From Octopus vulgaris (lineage: Eukaryota), in assembly GCA_951406725.2 (NCBI GenBank), contig OX597818.1, forward strand, positions 100,936,001 to 101,000,000: a stretch of 64,000 nt of DNA, read 5' to 3'. A program made the translations under genes and the position numbers. Below are positions 58,823 to 64,000 of this stretch, piece after piece; the first letter of the stretch is position 1; the number at the start of each line of letters is the position of its first letter. Under the pieces are notes generated by a model. That model saw only the letters and a program-made list of their open reading frames with translations. It was not told where the DNA came from and ran no database searches.

Positions 58823-59799
58823 ATATATATATATTATATATATATATATAGTGTAAACACCCGGCACTCGGGCTGCTGGAGCCTAGCGCCTGTGTTTGCT
58901 TTGTATAAAGTATTTATGGAAGCTAAGCATTGCAGAATGAATATGTAAACACGTCTTACATGCTAATCAATAATGAGGCAGTAAAAACTTGCATGGACTT
59001 CTGGCTTCAGCGTCAAGTTTTGAGGATTAAATTAAGCATAATTTGAAAGTCGATGTCTCGTCATATGTTAATCTACCACCGAATCGATTTTCAATATTAT
59101 TTTACTTACAAGTGTTTATTCCATATTCATTGTGAAAACCATTGTACATTATTCCTAATTATATGAGATTTGTGTGGATTGTAATTACTTTGAAGATAAG
59201 GAGCGATAAGATTCCACGGCTGCCCCGTCTTTGAGACTTTTTCTAAAGTAGTATTAGACGCATCTTGAGAATACGTATGCGATTGCGTAATGGAAAATGT
59301 TATCACGACATGCGGACATATATTGTGGACATTCGTGCAGTTTTGCTCAAATATATTTTCTGTTAATTACATTGATTAAAATATTCTTCTTACAGACGAC
59401 TTCTTACAGACAGCAAGACCCGTTTGTGTAAAATATTAAGGAGAATTGCTTCTATCATCCCCCAAAAGTTTATCGTAATGATTCATATATCAAATTGTCT
59501 TTCTGCCCTGAAGCATCGCTCATGCAACGAATACCGTTATAGTATAGACATTTTCAAATAATTTAAAGTGAATTAATATAGGTCAGCCGTGCAGAGATAA
59601 CGAACTATTTTACATTTGTATTCCATTGATCCTGTTAAATATAGAAATTCAAGATACATTTGCGGCTTAGTGAGTGGTATAGAGAATGGTTGATGATCCG
59701 CATTGTTGTACATAACTATATTTGTTCTCAACATTTCCGAACTCATAAAACACAGGCATTTGCTAAAGTCATGTTTACACATATTCATATATACTGTTG

Positions 59800-60480
59800 G
59801 TTACAAATTTTGATGCAAGGGCAGTAAGTATGGGGAAGAGGTTAAGTCATTTGCATCGTCCCTAGTACCCGAGTGATACATAATGTATCGATCTAGAAAG
59901 AATAAAAATCAAAATAGATCTCAATGAAATTTGACTTCAGGGTGAAGACGAACGAAAGACCGCTCAGCATTTTACCCGATGTGCTAATGTTTCTACATGC
60001 TCACTCTTTTACATACGCCTATGATAGGGATTTCAAATTTTGGCACAGAGAGAGCAATTTCATTGGAAGGAGCAAGTCAATTTCATCAAACCCAGTGTTC
60101 AATTATTGTTGCAACTCGCTGCTTTATCTTTAATGTTAATATCCATTTCACATGTTGGCACTAGACCAGAAGTTTCAGGGAAAAGCTAAGCTGATTAACT
60201 GATATTTCGAAAATATGAAAGGCAAAATAGACGTCGGGGGAAATTTTAACTCAGAAATTAAAGACGGATGAAATGCTGGCAAATTTGTTAGCAGCCACAC
60301 AAAATGCTTAAACAACATTTCATCCGTTTCTACGTCTTAATTCCAACTTCCACTGAGGTCGATATTGCATTTCGTCCTTCGTTTCCATGTGATGAATACG
60401 GATAGATCATTGTGATCGATGTCAACCACTATCGTTCTCCTCCAAAATCTCAGGCGTTGTACATATAGTAGGATATTAGC
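59800..60480. mobile_element. Decayed SINE family 2-related fragments
   Basis: Degenerate matches such as TGAAAGGCAAAATAGACGTCGGGGGAAATTTTAACTCAGAA and CCACTGAGGTCGATATTGCATTTCGTCCTT. Confidence 0.5.
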
Positions 60481-62189
60481 ATAACAGTTATGCAAAAAAT
60501 ACATCAGTGCATTATTAAAGTTAAATCGCATGTTATTGGGTAAGTAACATAGCCTTGTTTTATAGTTAACTAAGTCGCGTTGAAAAATTAATCGTTGTAA
60601 CACACGGCGTAGAAAATAGATTGTAGGTGGAGTGAGTAAATTCAACACTCTGGAGTCAAATATTCAAGTTAGGAAACCTAAAACGATACTGAGATGCAAA
60701 TTGTCACTATTTCTTTCACCAAAAATGTTGAATAATAATGGACCATATCACACTGTAGGCAGTAATTGTCGTTGTTGTTTTAGTTTATTTAGTAAACATT
60801 TTATTCCTTTCAGTAGACTTGTTTTGTTATAATTAATTCAATATATTAAGGGTTGTCTCAATGTTGCACTCCACGCGGGCAACATCACGGAATAACTAAT
60901 GTCAATTACCCATGTTTCGTATTATAAATATTTATTATACAATTAAATAACCATGTCGACTTACCATTGTTTTTTTAAGCATTACAAATTCGGTACGTTT
61001 GGAAGAATGTTTAAAGAAACTAAATGTATCCTGATTTGTCTCCCGTGTTTGCAGAAATGATTAAAAACCGAGCGCATAATAATAATCCAAGAATTAACGC
61101 TCTGCTTATTTCCTAGCTAAGTATTTATAATTTAGTTTAAAATTAGACATATTCAATTATGTTTAAAAATATACTTAGAACATGTTTTAAAAACGTTTCT
61201 GTATGACAAAAAACTACAAGTTCATATTCCATTTCATTATGCAATGTAAAGAAAATAAGTCATTCAAAGAAATAAATTTTGATATTTATGTTTCTATAAC
61301 TCTTACTTGTACTTGAAGGAAATTCACACGTTGTTATGTGTACGTGTGCGTGTTCATCTGTTTGAATTGCGATATACATATATAAAACAATAAAATATTT
61401 ATTACTTCATAAAAGAACATAAGGATAAAGATCACGTTAATGATTTTTATCAAGTAGTCAGAGTGCTATAAACATTTATAGGCAATTAATAAATTAAATT
61501 AATAATAATATACATGGGTATATATTCCTGGAGTTTTTGATAGATTTTCAAGAGATTGGCACTTCTTGCATGCTGGAGACAGATCGTTTTCGCCCTAAAA
61601 CGCTTGGTATGAGAATATACATACGTACATTATCATTAATTTAATGTATTAATTGCTTATAAATTTTGTATAGTATGCTGACTACTTAAAAATAATAATT
61701 AACGTGATTTTTATACTGATATTCTTTAAAAAATAGTAAATAATTTAAATAAAATGATTTAATTGTTTCACTCCTGCCCGGAGTAGCATTTACTGCTTGA
61801 TTATTCCTATAATATACACGTTGGCTGTCGTGAGGGGATTTAAAATAGACTTTCTTCCTCTCTATGCGTGGAAAATTCGTATTTAGATGTGTGAATTCGC
61901 TTTGAACGGCGAATTATTGTACAATTATTTGGGTTTATATTTCCCAATAATTGTTGTGTTGCCGAAGAATGAAAGTTTATTTTTTGCTTTAATCCAGAAA
62001 CTGGAACAAATTTACAATTAATGTGAGTCTTTTTAATTTTCTCTCACTGCATCGTTTCAACCATGTGCATATTTAGCTGGAGTTTTTGGGTAATTTGTCT
62101 CAAGGTACGGGCACTGGAAACATGCTTCCGACAGGCTGTTTTCGCCCTAGCTCCTTTGATATAATTATATAACAATAATAGTAATAAAT

Positions 62190-62250
62190 AAAGTGATGAA
62201 GATGACGACTATGACGATGATAATAACGATGATGTTGATGATGATGATGT

Positions 62251-62304
<54 letters not shown>
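62190..62304. repeat. (GAT)n microsatellite
   Basis: Direct inspection; source of the poly-H/M/I ORFs. Confidence 0.95.
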
Positions 62305-62305
<1 letters not shown>

Positions 62306-62807
62306 AAAAGGCAAAAAAAATGTCTGTCCTAACAGTAGGGCAATAATAGCATTTCCTCCCGATAGAAGTAATAGACGAAAGTGACTCTCGGAGTCTAGCC
62401 AACAATCAATCATCGCTCATGTCTTGTAACAAGTATGAGCGAACAACTTTTTGTCGAAATCAGATTTAACACCACGTGATTGATATGTTTGCGGTTGCGC
62501 CAAGCATGAAGTTTACAAATGAAATCACTATTCACTGATAAAGGTGAAAATGATGTGTAATATTCTTGGTAATTTACCAGACGCTTTCAGATAATCTGTT
62601 AAAAATCTCACCATAAGATTGAAAAGGTGATCGGAGAATGTGAAAACCAATTTTGAAGATTTATCTCGGTAATACTACAGAAATGAATAAATGGCAGAAT
62701 AGGTTCATTTAATTTATGGCACGAATGAATACAGATATGTTAAGAGACTGATGAAATCAAAATATAAAAATAAGCTCCAATGTTTTACCTGACTATAAAT
62801 AGATACG

Positions 62808-62886
<79 letters not shown>

Positions 62887-62959
62887 ACATGCATACAAAA
62901 TATCTACACACACATATATTTATAAGTACATATATATTTATTTATATATATATATATAT

Positions 62960-63686
<727 letters not shown>

Positions 63687-63744
63687 TATGTATATGTATA
63701 TGTATATAAACATATATGTATACATACATATATGTATATAGTCG

Positions 63745-63995
63745 TAGGAGTAGCTGAGTGGTAAGTAGGTTCAGTCCCACTGTGTGACACTTGGGCACGT
63801 GTCTGTGTTTGTACACGCACCATCACTTTACAATCGATGTTGGTGTGTTTACGTCCCCGTATTTTAGCAAAAGTGTAAGATAGAATAAGTACTAGGCTTA
63901 CAAAGAATAAATCTCGGGGTCGATTAGTTCGAATGAATGCGGTGATCCAGCATCGCCGCAGTAAAATAACTGAAAGGAATAAAATGATAAAAGGA
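63745..63995 (+). mobile_element. SINE family 1, internally deleted copy
   Basis: AGGAGTAGCTGAGTGGTAAGTAG...TTTACGTCCCCGTA...GATAGAATAAGTACTAGGCTTACAAAGAATAA matches the reverse complement of 5503-5908. Confidence 0.75.
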
Positions 63996-64000
63996 TCTAG

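Overview
Eukaryotic (animal) repeat-rich DNA with no recognisable host protein-coding gene. The SINE families, microsatellite load and long-branch 28S suggest an octopus or other coleoid cephalopod (inference). Layout: (1) a 28S rRNA segment (1-1950) that stops 5 nt short of the canonical R2 insertion site; (2) about 13 kb of decayed transposable elements (gypsy, Helitron, mariner, SINEs); (3) a 29-kb head-to-tail array (15295-44424) of 17 copies of a ~1.7-kb element that encodes only an L1/Tx1-type ORF1 (RRM-like + CCHC knuckle) and no reverse transcriptase; (4) R4/Dong-like LINE relics; (5) a 559-bp hammerhead-ribozyme tandem repeat; (6) a near-intact Penelope-like element (RT + GIY-YIG + hammerhead); (7) another hammerhead element. 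Most striking observations: array copy 15 carries about 30 sense-strand A-to-G changes with 5'-G avoidance, the expected footprint of ADAR hyper-edited RNA written back into DNA. The ORF1-only unit shares its 3' tail with a SINE in the same window. The whole array sits inside a young non-coding hammerhead element whose left repeat starts at the predicted ribozyme cleavage site. All alignments and counts were done by eye.
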